Source: Pelagibacterales bacterium SAG-MED39 (GTDB lineage: Bacteria; Pseudomonadota; Alphaproteobacteria; Pelagibacterales; Pelagibacteraceae). From it: a stretch of 64,000 nt of DNA. Numbering within the stretch: the stretch's first letter is position 1; each line of letters begins with the position of its first letter. The translations under genes and the position numbers were made by a program. Location: NCBI GenBank assembly GCA_014653625.1, contig JACWEI010000003.1, forward strand, positions 30,243-94,242, read 5' to 3'. Below the pieces are notes generated by a model that was not told the DNA's origin, did no database searches, and saw nothing but the letters and a program-made list of their open reading frames with translations. Shown here piece after piece: positions 62,610-64,000 of the stretch.

Positions 62610-63614
62610 TTACATTAATCCAGCTTCTTTATAATATTTAATTGCACCTGGATGTAATGGAGCTGATAATCCATCTTTAATCATGTTTTTCTTTTCCAAA
62701 AAACCAAAAGCAGGATGTTGTTTTTTGAAATCATCAAAATTTTCCATCACAGCTTTAGTTACCAAGTAAACTAACTCATCAGAAACAGAAGCGCTCGTTA
62801 CTACTGTGGCTTTAACACCAAATGTAGTTGCATCCTTCTTCTGATTTGTGTACGTCCCTTTAGGAATAACTGCTTTTGCATAATAATCAGCACCACTAAT
62901 TAAACCTTGAACTTGCGAACCAGTTAAATTAATTGGTGAAGCTTTTGCTGCACATGTTGCTGCTTGTTCCATTGCTCCATTAGGAAAACCTACAGAATAC
63001 CCAAAAGCATCTATCTTACCATCACACAAAGCTTTCACTTGTTCTGATGAAGTAAGTTCAGTTGTAGATTTAAAGAAACTATTGTTAACTCCCATAGCTT
63101 TCATTAATTCTTCCATAGTTCCTCTTTGTCCAGAACCAGGGTTACCAATGTTTACAACTTTTCCTTCTAAGCCAGCAAAGTTTTTAATTTTTGCTTTTTT
63201 TCTAGCCCAGATTTGGAAAGGTTCATTATGGACTGAAAATACAGCTCTAAGATCACCAAACTTTTTTCCTTCCCATTTGCTTGATCCATTAACTGCATGA
63301 TATTGCCAATCAGATTGGGCTACACCAAATTGAAACTCACCAGCTTTGATTTGACCAATGTTATAATTTGATCCACCAGTTGATGGAGCAGTACATCTGT
63401 AAGCTTTGGCAGTACCTTTTTTTCTTCCATGTTCAGCACTTATTGCAGATTTATGTAACATTTTACATATGGCGTTACCTGTCTGGAAATATACTCCAGT
63501 AGGTCCACCTGTACCTATCGTAAAGAACTCTGCAGACTTCACAACACCAGTAAAAGATAAAGATGCTACGAAAATTAGCAAAGCACTAGATAGAGATGTT
63601 ATTATTTTTTTCAT
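62610..63614 (-). CDS. TAXI-family TRAP solute-binding protein
   Basis: Signal peptide, TIGTGGPTGVYF, STGGS..N, AQSD, IGNPGSGQ, PLHPGA.KYYKE; strong GAGGAG Shine-Dalgarno. Confidence 0.94.
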   Translation of the reverse strand: MKKIITSLSSALLIFVASLSFTGVVKSAEFFTIGTGGPTGVYFQTGNAICKMLHKSAISAEHGRKKGTAKAYRCTAPSTGGSNYNIGQIKAGEFQFGVAQSDWQYHAVNGSSKWEGKKFGDLRAVFSVHNEPFQIWARKKAKIKNFAGLEGKVVNIGNPGSGQRGTMEELMKAMGVNNSFFKSTTELTSSEQVKALCDGKIDAFGYSVGFPNGAMEQAATCAAKASPINLTGSQVQGLISGADYYAKAVIPKGTYTNQKKDATTFGVKATVVTSASVSDELVYLVTKAVMENFDDFKKQHPAFGFLEKKNMIKDGLSAPLHPGAIKYYKEAGLM

Positions 63615-63687
63615 TTATTCTCCTCTGTGTAACTTTATTTATATTTAAATTGTAACAGTAAAATTAGGTATTTGTACAGCTGGTTAT

Positions 63688-64000
63688 TCATATTGACTCA
63701 GACCACTTTTTTAATTGATTTACACCTTCTACGATTTTTGGTGCTAGATTTTTGATTAAAACATCATCAAGAATTTTTTGATTTTCATATTTTTTCATAA
63801 AATTTTTTCCATCAAAATCTGTAAAGCTCAATCTGGCTATCATTCTTTTTTCATCAAAACCAAAATCAGAGCCAGGAAGTAAAGCTACTCCTGTGACTTT
63901 AAGAATATTTTCACACATTTCTGATGATGAGGTAAATTTTGCCTTTATGAATTCTGGCATTAAATAAAAACCACCTTGAGGCTTATTAATCAAAACATTA
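63688..64000 (-). CDS. Class I/II PLP aminotransferase, C-terminal part (5' end beyond the window)
   Basis: PQGGFY, GVALLPGSDFG, ARLSF; the frame stays open to the window edge. Confidence 0.85.
   Translation of the reverse strand, partial: NVLINKPQGGFYLMPEFIKAKFTSSSEMCENILKVTGVALLPGSDFGFDEKRMIARLSFTDFDGKNFMKKYENQKILDDVLIKNLAPKIVEGVNQLKKWSESI

Overview
A very AT-rich, gene-dense alphaproteobacterial chromosome segment. Gene content, gene order and the near-absence of intergenic DNA point to the SAR11 clade (Candidatus Pelagibacter); this is an inference from content, not a database match. Most of the window is core housekeeping: hisS (partial), csp, infA, hisD, murA, dcd, rpmH-rnpA-yidD-yidC-argB-dapD-dapE, def-fmt-truA, aroK-aroB, bolA/J-domain/cobS-cobT, a RegB-like kinase, gyrB, thrS-infC-rpmI-rplT-pheS-pheT-lepA, gltD-gltB, uppP, aceE-aceF, a thiolase and a TAXI-TRAP transporter. 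There are five tRNAs (His, Phe, Thr, Ser, Arg) and a glycan-modification islet of about 7.5 kb around tRNA-Ser. I saw no CRISPR array, IS element, integrase, prophage or rRNA. The strongest candidate novelty is a 22-codon His-rich leader ORF, probably leaderless, whose stop codon lies in a terminator-like hairpin directly upstream of tRNA-His and hisS, i.e. a candidate minimal histidine attenuator. Other signals: four short ORFs below the ORF-track cutoff that fill intergenic gaps, a nested inverted repeat upstream of gltD, an adjacent HDAC/SET pair, a 2OG-oxygenase/GT17/methyltransferase trio in the translation operon, a C-methyltransferase lacking its zinc cysteines, and a tRNA-Phe with a non-canonical A18/G55 elbow.
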